The notes beneath the pieces are model-generated. The model ran no database searches. It saw nothing but the letters and a program-made list of their open reading frames with translations, and was not told the origin of the DNA. Below, piece after piece: positions 37,440-50,672 of a stretch of DNA of 64,000 bases. This stretch comes from Rhynchobatus australiae (taxonomy: Eukaryota). The position numbers and the translations under genes were made by a program. The stretch covers positions 40,943,145-41,007,144 of the forward strand of contig JAUZTB010000135.1 in the NCBI GenBank assembly GCA_034780895.1, written 5' to 3'. Each line of letters begins with the position of its first letter. Position 1 is the first letter of the stretch.

Positions 37440-38846
37440 GCTTTTTTGGTATCAGCAGATGAAACTCAAAAGGCAGTTTCGATACAACTTTTACAGACAT
37501 ATCTCTTCATATAGGATCTACATGATCGCTCAAGTGTTCGAAATGAGAGAGAGAATCAGTCCCTGCTTGATAAAGGCAGTCAGCATGAAATAGTTCTACC
37601 ATTCCAATAATTCTGGCCCGCAGTCAGTTGTCAACACACATAGAGAGTGCAATTCAGTGTTAATGCAAAATCACATCCTCTGTCATCAACTCCTCTCTTT
37701 ATCAGATTAGCTTTCTCATTGTTTGTCTCTCCATATCCTGTCATGTTTTAGCAGCTTACATGATGTAACTTTGTGTGCACAAGGACAACTGTTGTTCAGG
37801 CAGACTTGGGTCCAACCTTTATCCTGTTGGCACAGTTGCTTTTCAATGAAATTAATCAAAAACAATCAACGATTTCTCATTATTATTGGTTACTGCACTT
37901 ACTACCAGCAACACACATTTATGGTTTACACAATTCTAATTAAATTTCCAAATGTGGAAAAAAAAGCAACCTGTTTTTACATCTGCATTTAACAGGATTA
38001 GAGAACAGGATCCCTTTTGTCTAAGCTACACTAGCTATTAATCTTATGAAATGTAGTGTGCCTGAATTCTCAGCTCCTACAATACTTGTAACCACCTGGA
38101 ATTCTGCATTTCCTAATGTATTCAAATCCACCAACTACTCCTAATAAATCAATTGCTTTGAATACCAAGGATATGCAAATATGCAGTAAGCACCATAAAT
38201 ACCACCGCTCACGGTCAGAATTTAGTGATAAAACTATTTAAATGATTCTGATTTAAATTAAAGGGTGCAAATTGTACTAAATTTCATATTCTGATAAATG
38301 CAGGTTTTCAAAATGACTTGTACCAATGAGAAACATTTTCTAGATTTGATTATTATAGAATTTTCTTATAGGTTTTCAACATTTTCTTTATTGCTTTTAA
38401 GATTTTTATTTATTGATTAGTTTGTTATTTATTAATTAGATGAAATGTTACTAATGCACAGCTTTGGCCCTGAAGTGTATCCAATATTGTGCATCAACCT
38501 CGCATTGCCTATCCCAGAAACTGTGGTGTAATAGTGCCTTTTTGTGATGGAAGGAATAAACTATTGTTCTAGACAGTCTGACGTTAGCAGCCATTGTGTA
38601 TACACACATACTTTGTAGCCCTTGGAAAATAGCAGTGTTTGTTGATGAGTGAACTAGGAATGGGAATTCCCCAGCTGAAATTTTTTGTTGCTGCATTTTG
38701 CTACCGAGAGCCAACGGTATTCTTTGCTGCAGATAAAAATAAATTCATGTTAAATTTCAATGTCTATGGACAGAGCAGAGCCTGGAACTGAATTAGGTAG
38801 AGAAGTCAATAATAGGGTGGACATGTGGCTGATCTGCTATTCTAAG

Positions 38847-39615
38847 ATGGCTATGCCCTTGGGAACAATTGAGCAACTTAGGGTGTAAGAACAGGCACAA
38901 GAGACTTTTGATGCACATTGGAGCAGTTAGAGATTTTATTCACAGCAGGTAACACTGTGGAAGTTGCAGATGATCCAAACCAAAGCTAGTTGCTATGGGC
39001 AAGGAGAATGGTAATCTTTTTGACTGACACAGGCCCTGAATTTATGAAACCTTTAAGAATTTGCTCATCCATGCAAAGCAGAAGGACATTTTGACGAAAG
39101 GAAATTTAGAAGAGCATTACAAACTTGATCCATTGCACATTGCTGAATGTTTTAATTTTGGAACAAGGGATCAGTTCCAAAATGAGAACAGAAATGTATT
39201 TATTACAGCACACACAAAGCTTTAACACATTACCATTCTGGAAACTTCCAAGAAGAATATTACATGACTTTTCTTTGTGAGCTGTTTCATAAACTGTTGA
39301 GATTCCCAATTTGACCATTGATTTGACGTACCAAACAGTATTGCTCATGGACATGCCTGGAAGAGACTCGTGAGTGTTATGCCCAAAATAGTCAACAATA
39401 TCTGCAGAATGGAGTAAGCTGAAGACAAGAAAGCAACTTTACCCAAGGCTACCCCTAACGATGAGGTTTCCCGGACACCCACGGGTGCCCTTGACAGTGG
39501 TGGAGCCCAAGCCAAAGTCTTGTTATCTGCTCTTTGCTCACCATTTGGGACAGGATTGTTCATTATTGAAAGCTGTTGCAAGAAGACCAGCACCTTGCTA
39601 AGTCATGCTATAAAA
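38847..39615 (+). mobile_element. Gypsy (Mag/K02A2.6-like) gag relic
   Basis: MAMPLGTIEQ..ETFDAH..EQLEILFTAGN, FLTDTGPE..YETFKNLL and degenerate zinc knuckles KSCYLLFAHHLGQDC..HLAKSC across frameshifts. Confidence 0.72.
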
Positions 39616-39672
39616 AGGTCACCACTGTAAATACTGGAATGTCAGTCACTGCAAACTGTCAAAGAATAGCAC

Positions 39673-40057
39673 TGTCATGATCCTGAGTACTGGCCCTTAA
39701 TTTGGCTCCTTAGATGCCTCGTGGTACAGCACATGGATTCCATGCTGGACTGATTGTATAATGACACACACCTGAGCCCCATCAGGGGCCTAGCATAAAT
39801 ACCTGGGTTTCTCTAGCACTAGTTGCTAGAGTATTGATTTACCTTTGGCTCCTAGCTGCTTAGAGTGGTCTATTCTAGAACAGTCCTGATTTCCCTATTC
39901 CTTTTCAAAGATCCAGTTTGTGTTGGGATTCCTCTTCAGATCACTGAGGCAAGATTCCTTCCATTCCTTCCATCTGTGTTTATCCTGACTCCAATCTTGT
40001 ATTGGTGTGCTGCATTTGGGTCCTCTGTGAGCTTGCTCTTTGTTCAATGTTGTGACA
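39673..40057 (+). mobile_element. LTR copy 3, opposite orientation to the others, no matching TSD
   Basis: TGTCATGA...TTGTGACA, full reverse complement of 57370-57774; TATA-like GCATAAATA near 39792; flanks AGCAC / GGTGG. Confidence 0.9.
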
Positions 40058-40475
40058 GGTGGGTTGTGTTTAACAAATCTTGTAGTTTTTTGAGGATGTT
40101 AGCAAGAAAGTAAATGAAGGGAAGGCTGTGGATGTTGTCTACATGGACTTTAGTAAGGCCCTTGACAAGGTCCCACATGGGAGGTTAGTTCAGAAGATTC
40201 AGACACTAGGTATCCATGAGGATGTTGTAAACTGGATTTGAAATTGGCTGTGTGGGGGAAGACAAGAGTAGTGGGAGTGTGGAATGAGCTGCCATCTGAT
40301 GTGGTAAATGTGGGCTCACTCTAAGTTAAGAATAAATTGGATAGGTGCATGGATGGGAGAAGTCTAGAGGGTTCTTGACTGGGTGCAGGTCAATAGGATT
40401 AGTGGAATGAAGTTTTGGCACAGACTAGAAGGGTGGAATGGCCTGTTTTCTGTGCTCTAGTGTTCTATGGTTCTA
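40058..40475 (+). mobile_element. CR1 with large internal deletion (RT motif joined to 3' end)
   Basis: CLTNL..VNEGKAVDVVYMDFSKALDKVPHGRL..WI joined at ~40270 to WNELPSDVV and a (TTCTATG)-type tail. Confidence 0.88.
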
Positions 40476-41499
40476 CAAGAGGAGCCACATCACTGGTGAA
40501 GCTTACCATTCCCTCACACAATCAATACCTGCTAACTCCCTCCATTCTTTGATAGACCTCCTATCTATTGCTGGCAGGGCTTCTCAGACAAAATCAGCCT
40601 TTGCCCATACAATTTCATCCCTGCTTCTGTTGGTATAGACTGTCTTGTCAAGCAGTGTAATCAATGTTTTACACATTAACAATTAAATCACTACAGCACC
40701 ACTGATTCCAGAGCACAGTCTAGGCCACTAATGGGGATGATCACTTGGAAATCTTTGGAACAAAATTTCAGAAGCAAGGTGTGATCTACAGTCTCTACTA
40801 CATTAAGCATGTACCACAGGCAGACAAGTATGGATTTCCATCCAATGGAGCTTTTTCTCTTTAAGTAGGCAAGTTAGGATATTGAATGCTAAAAAAACAT
40901 GGTGAACACAGTCAATTTTGGAACTAATTGAGTAGCTCTTTGGAAAAGCCAACTACAGTATGATGGATTGAACAGCTTCTTTTCATTCTACTTGATTCCA
41001 TGTTATAGCTTCCCTCAGTTTATATACAAGTTCCAACAACCCAATGTTATTTCAGCTGTTTCAGTGATTGCAGATCATGGCTGATGGTGACTCTTTCCTT
41101 TCATTGTTTGAGAGTTAAGGCACACTTCTATAATCCATACACTGGATAAAGGGATAATAATGTTTTGCACCATGTCAATTCTTCCCCTCAAAACAGAAGT
41201 AACCAACTTGATTAGGGCATACTAACAGCAACTTTCAAACTTCAGTGTTTCAGTTCATATGTTGCTCAAGTGAGTTTGAATATTTTTCAAAAGTGGAATT
41301 CAGCATGGTGATTTGTCCATCACAACCCATCTAAAAGCAAATCTTAATCCTGAGCCTGGAAGTAGTTAGCCTGCCAAATGGCTGAAGAGTTTCTCAAATC
41401 ATATGGCTCATAAAAGTATTTTATTCTGAAGATCTTCCCTTTTACATTTTAATGTAGCATGCAGCTGGAAATTACTAGTTTGCAAAATTCAACACATGA

Positions 41500-44281
41500 A
41501 ATTGTTTGTTATACCTATTAAAATTCACAAGGACAATTTGGAAAATATGCTTTTTCAAAGCAATCATTCTGATATAACTTATATTGGAAAACATTAACAC
41601 TTAGNNNNNNNNNNNNNNNNNNNNNNNNNNNNNNNNNNNNNNNNNNNNNNNNNNNNNNNNNNNNNNNNNNNNNNNNNNNNNNNNNNNNNNNNNNNNNNNN
41701 NNNNCAACTTGCCCATTGTTCTAGTGAAAGGGGACAAACCAGCATTTATAGGAAGAAGTTACCTTGGCTCATTAAAGCTGGATGGGAATGAGATACTTCG
41801 TGTTGAAGCAAAATTCAATTCACATGAGGTGGCAAGAAACTATCCATGATTTTCTATAAATCGCATATACTGCAATTAAAGGATTTTAAGGTTATTGTAA
41901 GAGGTAAGAAGAATACAGCACCCATTCACTGCAGACCATGCCCAGGGTCCTATGTACTGAGGGAAAGAGTAGAGCTAGAACTGAAAAGGTACAGGTCTGA
42001 TGTTTCCAAATTTGAGCAAAGTCATTTGACTGCAAATGAGTACCAAAAAAATCAGATGGCAGTGTAAGAGTTTGTAAAGATTATAAAGTAATTGTTAATC
42101 AAGTTGGAAAATGTACTCCACCTGACACTTTACCAAGTGTGGAAGATTTGTTCAAATTTTGGCAGAAGACTTAACCATTTTAACATTAGATTTGATGATG
42201 CCTGCCTTTAGCATGAGTTGAACGAAGAGTCCATGTTTTACCTAATTATTGGTACTCAGTTCTAATAGGCTCCTTCTGCAAAAGGATACTTTCAGGTTTT
42301 AATGAACCAGATTTTGCATGTAGTCAAGGAATAGTGAGCCATTTGGATGATATTCTCATCTCAACCTAACCAGGTGGATCTATGCTGATATGCTGAAAGA
42401 AGTTACCCAATAACTGGAAGAGCATGTAGTACATGACATAAACACACAAAAATGAGGAGCTTCAGAAGTCTGTAGAACACTCAGAGCAGATATAAATGTC
42501 TATATCTTAACAACAGATAAACTGACACAATCAAAATCCCCCCATTCCCAAGAATGTATCAGAACTCTGTTTTCTTGGGTTTAGTGAATTTAGTAAATCC
42601 ATACCAAATTTGTTGCTTTATTGAATGAACTACCAAGGAAAAATGTCTCATCAATCTGGACAAATTATTATGACAAAACATTCAACTGGTATTAATGTCA
42701 GCTTGTAGCGAGTGCTATGTTTGTGCACTTTTAATTGATGGACCTCTTTAGGGTAATCAAGCAGAAATCTCTCATGTGCTAGATAATACAGAAGAGAGAC
42801 CTATTGCATTTGCTTCTTGCAGTTTGATCTGAAGGGAGAAACAATTTCCATGAGTTTTGGGGTTGGTAGGTTCCATGAGTTTCATAACTGATGATAAACC
42901 CCAGACAGCTGTTCTGAACCCAAATTCAGCAGTGCCCATGTTAGCCACTGCATGAGTATAAAGCAGAGCTTACAGCTAAGAAACTCATTATAGAAGATCA
43001 GCAGATTGTAGCTATTCTGATGCTACATCAAAGATACTGAATCCAGTATGTTACACCAAATAGGGAAGAAATATTTTAGTTCTTATATTTGGATGGGTCA
43101 TCACAAATGATATCCACAGGAGACAGCCACATGAGATTCCACTTTATTCAAGATATCCGACCACATTTCCAAGGGTTGGGCAGCTCATATCAGATTCAGA
43201 TAATTATCTTTATTTATATCTTCCTCAAGCTGTCAGCTGACCAAGGATAAGTCATATGGAGAGCCAGAATAGTGATTCCTAAGACATGTGTCTCTTTGAT
43301 GCATTTGATGAAGTGTCAAGCATGGAGCTAACTATAATGGCTTGGCTTAGGAGCAGCACAGTGGTGAAGCTGGCAGAACTGATGCCTCACAGCTCTAATG
43401 ACCTTGAGTTCAATACTGACCTCTGGTGATGTCTATGTAGAGTTTGCACATTCTCCCTGTGACAGTGTGGGATTTTTCCAGGTGCTCCAGTTTACTCCCA
43501 CTTCCCAAAGATGTGCAAGTTGGTAGGTTAATTGGTCATGTCCATAAGTTTCCCCAAGTGTATTGTTGAGTATCAGAATCTGAAAACTTGTGTGGGAAGA
43601 ATAAAATGGCATTAGTGTAAATGGGTACTTAATGGCTGGTGTGGGCTGAAAGCCATGTGTGAACCTATGACACTAAGACATAGAAGCTACAGTAAGTATG
43701 TGTCCAACATGTCAGTTAGTAAGCAAACTCCCATCATTAGTTTCTTTGCAGCCATGTAAATGGCCTTCTAGAGTACAGATCCTGTAGAGTTAGAAAGGCA
43801 ATAACTGTTCATTATGATAGATCACCAGTCAATGGGTAAAAGTATTTGAGGAGCAAAGCTTTGAAAACAGTGGAGTTTGGTTGCATCACATGGGCTTCCA
43901 GGAGAAGTTTTATTAGAAACAGACCTGTTTTATGCAGAAGAATTTATACAAGTTCATGAATAAACATAGTGTAAAATATAGAGTTTCACTATTTCACCCC
44001 ACTTCTAATGGAGCACTTGAATACACAGTACAAATTGTTTAATAGAAACTCATGTAAATATTAAATCAAATGTTGGTAAATTTTCTGATAACAAAAACTC
44101 TTTACACCATTACCATTGAGCAGTGATTGAGATGTCTCTCGCAATGACAAGCAGGAATCTCATTGTTGAAACCAAATTCAGCATGGTCAGTGGAAGAAGA
44201 AACAAACAAAACAGAAAGAAAGTCAGAATGAAAGTAACATTAGAGCAACAGGTCTGAAATTGAACCAGAAGGTTAAAGTGA
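41500..44281 (+). mobile_element. Gypsy (Mag/K02A2.6-like) pol relic: PR-RT-RH-IN, heavily decayed
   Basis: LPIVLVKGDKPAFIGRSYL..LKLD (protease end), RPCPGSYVLRERVELELKR, KKSDGSVRVCKDYKVIVNQ, LPSVEDLF, HLDDILI (YxDD), ERPIAFAS (RNase H), HGLP and FHPTSNGA (integrase), in Gypsy domain order. Confidence 0.88.
43350..43672 (+). mobile_element. HE1-like V-SINE nested in Gypsy pol
   Basis: GCAGCACAGTGGTGAAGCTGG..GAGTTCAATAC..CAGGTGCTCCAGTTTACTCCCAC. Confidence 0.85.
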
Positions 44282-45281
44282 NNNNNNNNNNNNNNNNNNN
44301 NNNNNNNNNNNNNNNNNNNNNNNNNNNNNNNNNNNNNNNNNNNNNNNNNNNNNNNNNNNNNNNNNNNNNNNNNNNNNNNNNNNNNNNNNNNNNNNNNNNN
44401 NNNNNNNNNNNNNNNNNNNNNNNNNNNNNNNNNNNNNNNNNNNNNNNNNNNNNNNNNNNNNNNNNNNNNNNNNNNNNNNNNNNNNNNNNNNNNNNNNNNN
44501 NNNNNNNNNNNNNNNNNNNNNNNNNNNNNNNNNNNNNNNNNNNNNNNNNNNNNNNNNNNNNNNNNNNNNNNNNNNNNNNNNNNNNNNNNNNNNNNNNNNN
44601 NNNNNNNNNNNNNNNNNNNNNNNNNNNNNNNNNNNNNNNNNNNNNNNNNNNNNNNNNNNNNNNNNNNNNNNNNNNNNNNNNNNNNNNNNNNNNNNNNNNN
44701 NNNNNNNNNNNNNNNNNNNNNNNNNNNNNNNNNNNNNNNNNNNNNNNNNNNNNNNNNNNNNNNNNNNNNNNNNNNNNNNNNNNNNNNNNNNNNNNNNNNN
44801 NNNNNNNNNNNNNNNNNNNNNNNNNNNNNNNNNNNNNNNNNNNNNNNNNNNNNNNNNNNNNNNNNNNNNNNNNNNNNNNNNNNNNNNNNNNNNNNNNNNN
44901 NNNNNNNNNNNNNNNNNNNNNNNNNNNNNNNNNNNNNNNNNNNNNNNNNNNNNNNNNNNNNNNNNNNNNNNNNNNNNNNNNNNNNNNNNNNNNNNNNNNN
45001 NNNNNNNNNNNNNNNNNNNNNNNNNNNNNNNNNNNNNNNNNNNNNNNNNNNNNNNNNNNNNNNNNNNNNNNNNNNNNNNNNNNNNNNNNNNNNNNNNNNN
45101 NNNNNNNNNNNNNNNNNNNNNNNNNNNNNNNNNNNNNNNNNNNNNNNNNNNNNNNNNNNNNNNNNNNNNNNNNNNNNNNNNNNNNNNNNNNNNNNNNNNN
45201 NNNNNNNNNNNNNNNNNNNNNNNNNNNNNNNNNNNNNNNNNNNNNNNNNNNNNNNNNNNNNNNNNNNNNNNNNNNNNNNNN
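44282..45281. other. Assembly gap (1000 N)
   Basis: Run of N. Confidence 1.
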
Positions 45282-45399
45282 TCAAAAATCACTCAATATG
45301 GCAACCATACCTCCACAGTATTATCATGAATGTCTTCAAAAGTATATTGGACTAATAAGAAAGAACAATTACTAGAAGTGGAGAGAGAATAGAAACTAG

Positions 45400-45523
45400 T
45401 TCTGCTTCATAGGAATTAATGTACGTACATACATTGGACTTTTGAATTTAACAATATCATGGGAGCTCGTCCGTATATACAGGTGTCCATAAGTAGGGCG
45501 TTCGTATCCCCAGGGATAGTCTG
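45400..45523. mobile_element. Tc1/mariner-superfamily (Tigger/pogo-like) terminal fragment
   Basis: GTCCATAAGTAGGGCGTTCGTATCCCCAGGGATAGTCTG followed by TA resembles Tigger-type TIR ends (GTTCGTAACCCGGGGACTGCCTG|TA); the other TIR was not found. Confidence 0.5.
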
Positions 45524-45644
45524 TAGCAGTATATAGGCACTTTATGAAACACAGCTTTGTTAATTTCAATAGAATCAAATTTCAACAGTGAAATACAATG
45601 CTCTATAGCACATGGGATAGAGAAATAGTTGCTATTCCAATTAT

Positions 45645-45925
45645 TGTCTGCCTTCTCAGATGAATGCTAAAGATCCCATTATTGTAACTAAAGAAGAGCA
45701 AGGAAGTTTTCCCTATGCCCTTGACAATATTTATTTTCCGGTTTACATCTCAAAATTAATAGATTTAGTCATTAATATCATTGCTGCCTCATGGAGCTTG
45801 CTGAGCACGAGTTGGCTGCTGTATTCTCTGCCTTACAATGGTTATCACATTTCAATCATGCTTCATTAGCTGTTAAACATGTTGGGGCACCCTGTAGTTG
45901 TTAAGAGCATTATTTAAATGCAAGC
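45645..45925 (+). mobile_element. DeuSINE-like element
   Basis: GTCTGCCTTCTCAGATGAATGCTAAAGATCCCAT..AAGAAGAGCAAGGAAG..GGAGCTTGCTGAGCACGAGTTGGCTGCTG..ATTTAAATGCAAG. Confidence 0.72.
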
Positions 45926-47591
45926 TCTTTTTTTTATACTAAGGTCCATTTTTCACAACTAAGCAAACAAAGATGCTTCCTGACCCAACACACAGTGTTG
46001 CCAACTGGACCCTGGTGAATTATTAACAGACCCACTGACAGAAACTGTATTTCCTGTCAGGTAGTTAACACGGCAGACAAAATTATGATTGGAGAGATTG
46101 TAATCATTTTTCTTGGAAGAGTAAGTTTGATGGGTCAAGTGGTATTTTTTCCCCATTCTATACTCTCAAGTTCCCTTTCCTCAAACTGTGGTATCAGAAA
46201 TAGCAGCAAATTTGTTTAAGAATAACTAAGATACCTAATATCATAAAATTATTTATCTTTTTATTGCTGAAACTAATATACTATATCTAAAATTCTCAAA
46301 TAAAGATAATATTATGTTTTGTGTAAAGTTTAATGGATTATGTTCTCTCCAAATTTTGAAAACTTCTAAAATTCCTTTCCCCACTACCTCATTGCAAAGA
46401 AAGAACTGATGATTATCTTGAAAAGTAACAGAAGGTAGTAAAAATGATGTTTCCTACACAGAACTGAATAGATGTAGCTCAAGCATACTTGTAAGCATTT
46501 CCACTATGGCTATTTACTGAGCTAAGCAGAAGGTCAGCCAGTGAGAAAATACAAGTCCAATCCTCAAAGCTGGACAAGCCCTTTTTTATTATGGCAGTAA
46601 ATCTTTCTGTTTCCCAGGAAGGTTCAGAAATGACTAAATCTGCTCTTGGCTGATTGTGGAAATGTTAGTATTGTTAGAAGTTGTGAAGTCTCTGCCCTGC
46701 ATTGCCCTCTCCTCCCAGCTGGAAAGGGTTATTTGGAGTTGAGCACCCTCATGGGAAGGGAAAACTGGGAACAATNNNNNNNNNNNNNNNAAATTAATAA
46801 ACTATTGTTGGTATTTAAAGGTTTGCAATGTAGAAATTGCAGACTAACTTTGTTTTGATAGGTTCTGCCAATTTCCCATGGATTCCTTTGAAAAATTATG
46901 GAGTTGTATTCCAGTTTCCCGAGCCCCAGTGCTTTTTTGGCCTAATGTCCTATATTCAGTCATTAACAGATATCATATGTGAATTAACCTTAGCTGTCCT
47001 GCAACATTCCCAACAGTGTTCTTATGCTTAATCAAGCTTTAATTAAACTAAATATACTCCTAAATGCATAATGGCAGACAGACACTGAAAGTGCAAAACT
47101 CGCTGTATTGCAACAGTTGTTTGGATGCTGTGGATTAGTTCCATTTTGATGACTTATGTACACACTTATTTGTAGTGTTGCACCATTAGCTATATTGGGA
47201 AGGGCATTAGTATATGTAATACTAGCGACCATCAAAAACGTGGAAGGTGATGACACTGAACTTTATGCAACATAGATTTGACACTACCCCTTCCAAAATG
47301 GGGCTCAATACTGCAGCTGATGCCTTGTGTTGAACTTGCACAACTAAGTATTCATTCTGTAGCAGTTCCCACGAGATCCTTTTACAGAGATCATCGAGTA
47401 TTTGGGTGATGCTCAATTTCTAGCATCTGCACTTCAATAGAACTCCAGATTAATGATTGCTGTACTTTGTTTAATTTGTTAATGTCTACAAGCAAGGTGT
47501 GGCTGATGCTGAAGGAGTTTGCCTTGACTTCAAGGATTTTGTAATACTTGCTTCCAGGCACAGAGCTGTGATGGGTATTCCACTGGACAAG

Positions 47592-47832
47592 CCCAGGTGA
47601 AAGGTGGATCCAGGTGAGGAGGGGTGATAGGCAGATGGGGGAGGGGAGAGTGGGAATAGCGCCAGAGGCTGGGAGGTGATAGGTGGAAGTGACAAGGGGC
47701 TAAAGATGATGGAATCTGATAGAAGAGGAAGGCAAAGCATAGAATCAAGGGAGAGAGGTGGGGAGGGCAGAAGGGAGTAGTGGGGGAGGGGTTCAGTGGG
47801 AGGAGTGTGTGGGTGACGGGCAGATGGAGAGG
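47592..47832 (-). mobile_element. Penelope tail internal fragment
   Basis: AGGTGGATCCAGGTGAG..GATGATGGAATCTGATAG..GGGTGACGGGCAGATGG, homologous to 20290-20530. Confidence 0.75.
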
Positions 47833-48669
47833 GTGCCAGTTGTACATGTGCTTCCAACACAGCCAGAAGAACAGCCTTGTTGGCTGACATCAGTCTCAAG
47901 GAATTCATGCAAGTGGCACAGGACATATCCCACTGGTACCCTTGGACAAGTCCAGCAGTTCCATTCAGGTCTAACAACATTGTCTCCAGGCTGCACATGA
48001 TAGGCCATGTGGCAAACATCCTAGGTGCAGACTTCCTATACCCACAATGTGACACAAGGATTCAGACATCAAAGTGGTGCTTGTGGTCCAAGGAAAATTT
48101 GTGACAACATCGACATTGATGGACCATCAATAGGTAGAGCGGCTCCAGCTGCCATCTAACCCTCCCTGCCCACAGCAGAAGATTGGAAGGTTTCACTGAA
48201 GTGACAGACTTGTGTCAGTCCTGGGTATATTTAAGTGGTATGCATTCTGCCACAGGGTTCCAATTCTTCAACGCCTGAAGCCCTAGGAAGGTTTCAGTGT
48301 GCTGAGGCTTCCTTCTTCAAGTGTTTTGAAGATGTGTATCACTGAAGAATGAAGATGTAGGAAGTAGAATTTAAAAACTGAAATAGAGATTAACATGGGG
48401 AAGTGGATAATATGGAACAAGTGACAGGGAATAACCTCTGATATTCATCCTTGATCAATTCCCAATATGCAGGATATTAGAATCATTTTATTATTCTAGA
48501 TTCCTCAAAGCCTGTAGCCTCCCCTTATACCCATTCTTCTTTGCTCACTATTCAGCTTGAGTAACAGCTCCTGACGTTTGATGTAGTTTTGATGTATTGC
48601 CATCCTGAAGGGTTCCTGTAGGATGATGAGGATGGTGGTTTGGTACAGTAGGGAAGAGTTTAATAGAGA

Positions 48670-48972
48670 TAAAGAAATAAATTGCAGGAAGAACTCTTGT
48701 GAGTCAATCCATGGAGGCATAAAGGATGTGTCAACGTTACGGGTTGGGACCCTGCATCAGGACTGGAGAGGAAGAGGAAAGGCGGCCAACATGTAGAAGT
48801 GTGGGGGACGGGGAGGACAGGGACTAGTAGGTGATAGGTGGAAGCAGGGGAATGATGGGCAGATAGAGACAGGGAGGGGAGGATTGGAAAAAGTGAACAA
48901 GGAGAGAACCTTGGAGGAGTAGTAGGTGTGGGAAAGGAACACAGGGGGTGTGGGTTATCTGAAATTGGAAAT
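48670..48972 (-). mobile_element. Penelope tail fragment with hammerhead-like motif
   Basis: GCAGGAAGAACTC..CAACGTTACGGGTTGGGACCCTGCATCAGGACTG..TATCTGAAATTGGA. Confidence 0.7.
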
Positions 48973-48987
48973 AATAGAGGTTATGTT

Positions 48988-49310
48988 ACAGGACTAATTC
49001 TTCAGATGCCTGAGCTAAAGATCTCGAAATGTGATCTCAAATCCTGCCACAGTTGCTCAGGAATTTCAATTCTATTAACTAAATCTGGAGTAAGAAGCTA
49101 GTACTTGCAATAATGAAGATGTCAGATTATTGCAAAATCCCGACTCATATTCTCAAGGGATGAAATCTGGCTTCCTTTCCTTGCCTAGCCCACACATGGC
49201 CCTGGACCCCCAGCAATGATGTTGATTTTTAGCCAGCCTCTGAAATGGCCCAGCATTTCAGACAGGAAATAAACACTGGCCTTGCCAGCAATGCTCACGT
49301 TCTGCAAAAA
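48988..49310 (+). mobile_element. Old elasmobranch SINE with L2/CR1-like tail
   Basis: GGACTAATT..TCAAATCCTGCCAC..AAATCTGGA..AAGCTAGTA..GCCTCTGAAATGGCCCAGC..ATAAACACTGGCCTTGCCAGCAATGCTCAC. Confidence 0.6.
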
Positions 49311-50154
49311 CATCTTTACACCAACCCCATTCCAATACTACACCACCCTCTCTCAGACTGAATATGATGCCTGCCTTTTGTGAGTGCTGCTGCTTCTATT
49401 CTTGCATATAACAATTCAAATGATTCAAAAAAGTATTTGAACAGTAAAGAAAGACTGAAACAACTTTTCCATTGGCTAGATTAGCTTTGCTCATGGTTGA
49501 TTTCAGCTATGGTTGGTATGACGGGCTGAGATGCAGAAGAGCGCCACCTCTGGTATCAATAGGAATGGCAGGCAAAGCAACAGAAGTGAAACATTGCCAT
49601 CTATGGGCAAACCATGTACTGCATGCATTACCCATGACAGAACTGGGGCGGGCGGCCCTTGATTCCAATGAACACTAAGGCTGGTTAGTGCTTGAATGGT
49701 TAATTAAGTATTACCAGTATCACAGAGTCATTGCTAAATTATGGCCACAGGAAGAAAGAATGGAAAATAGGAATGATATGTACAGCTGCTAACTTTAAAA
49801 TGATTGTGTTCATGTAAAACCAAGAGTCTCGAGGTATTTCCTGTCTCTTTTCCCAGTCCCCGCACCATGAATTCCTGGCTGCTGCTGCAGCCTAGCCAGA
49901 AGTATCTAAAATAAGGCTGCAGAAAAATTGTGGGGATTGTAGGTCCTGTAATATTAGGAATCTGCCTGAAATATTTAGTCATAGACCATCTGTGTTGAAT
50001 GTTGCCCTGGTCAGCTCCCGCACAGACTGACTCTCACTGTCTTGGTCCAGAAAGAAGGGAGAGAGGTGGAATAGAGACATCAACTAGGGCATGAGGGGGA
50101 AGAACGTGAAGGGATTAGTTCATACTGGTCAAAGGCCAGAGGTCAGGTGAATCA

Positions 50155-50672
50155 GAAGTATAGTTCTGGTCGCCCCATTATAGGAAGGATGTCATTAAGC
50201 TGGAAAGGATACAGAAAAGATTCATGAGGATGCTACCAAGACAAGAGGGCTTGGGTATAAGCAGACGCTGGATAGGCTGGGGCTTTTTTCTCTGGCATGT
50301 AGGAGGCTGGGGGGTGATGTTATAGAGGTATATAAAATAGATAAGATGGATAAACACAGTCTTTTTCCAAGGGTAAGGAAGTCTAAAATTAGAGGACATA
50401 GGTTTAAGGTGAGAGGGGAGAGATTTAAAGGGGACCTGAGGAGCAACTTTTTCACACAGTGGGTGGTGGGTATATGGAAAAAGTTGCCAGAGGAAATGGT
50501 AAAGCCGGGTACAATTACAATGTTTAAAAGACATTTAGACAGGTACATGGATAGAAAAGGTTTAGAAGGATATGGGCCAAATGCAGGCAAATGGGATTAG
50601 CTCAGGTCTTGGTCAGCATTGATGAGCTGGGGTGATGGGCTTGTTTCCATTCTGTATAACTCTACGACTCTG
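50155..50672 (+). mobile_element. CR1/HER1 3' end
   Basis: FWSPHYRKDVIKLERIQKRF..; GHRFKVRGERFKGDLRSNFFTQWVVGIWKKLPEEMVKPGTITMFKRHLDRYMD. Confidence 0.93.

Noticed and set aside
37447-37460. PBS-like TGGTATCAG (also near 46188)
   Set aside because: Only a 9-10 nt match with no demonstrable adjacent LTR end; the first copy abuts a gap
36568-45375. Long ORFs of 277-391 aa (also those near 16630-17118 and 8895-9268)
   Set aside because: They are open only because they cross N runs
47486-48055. 189-aa minus-strand ORF
   Set aside because: Chimeric read-through across a Penelope tail and probable older transposon sequence; no coherent domain
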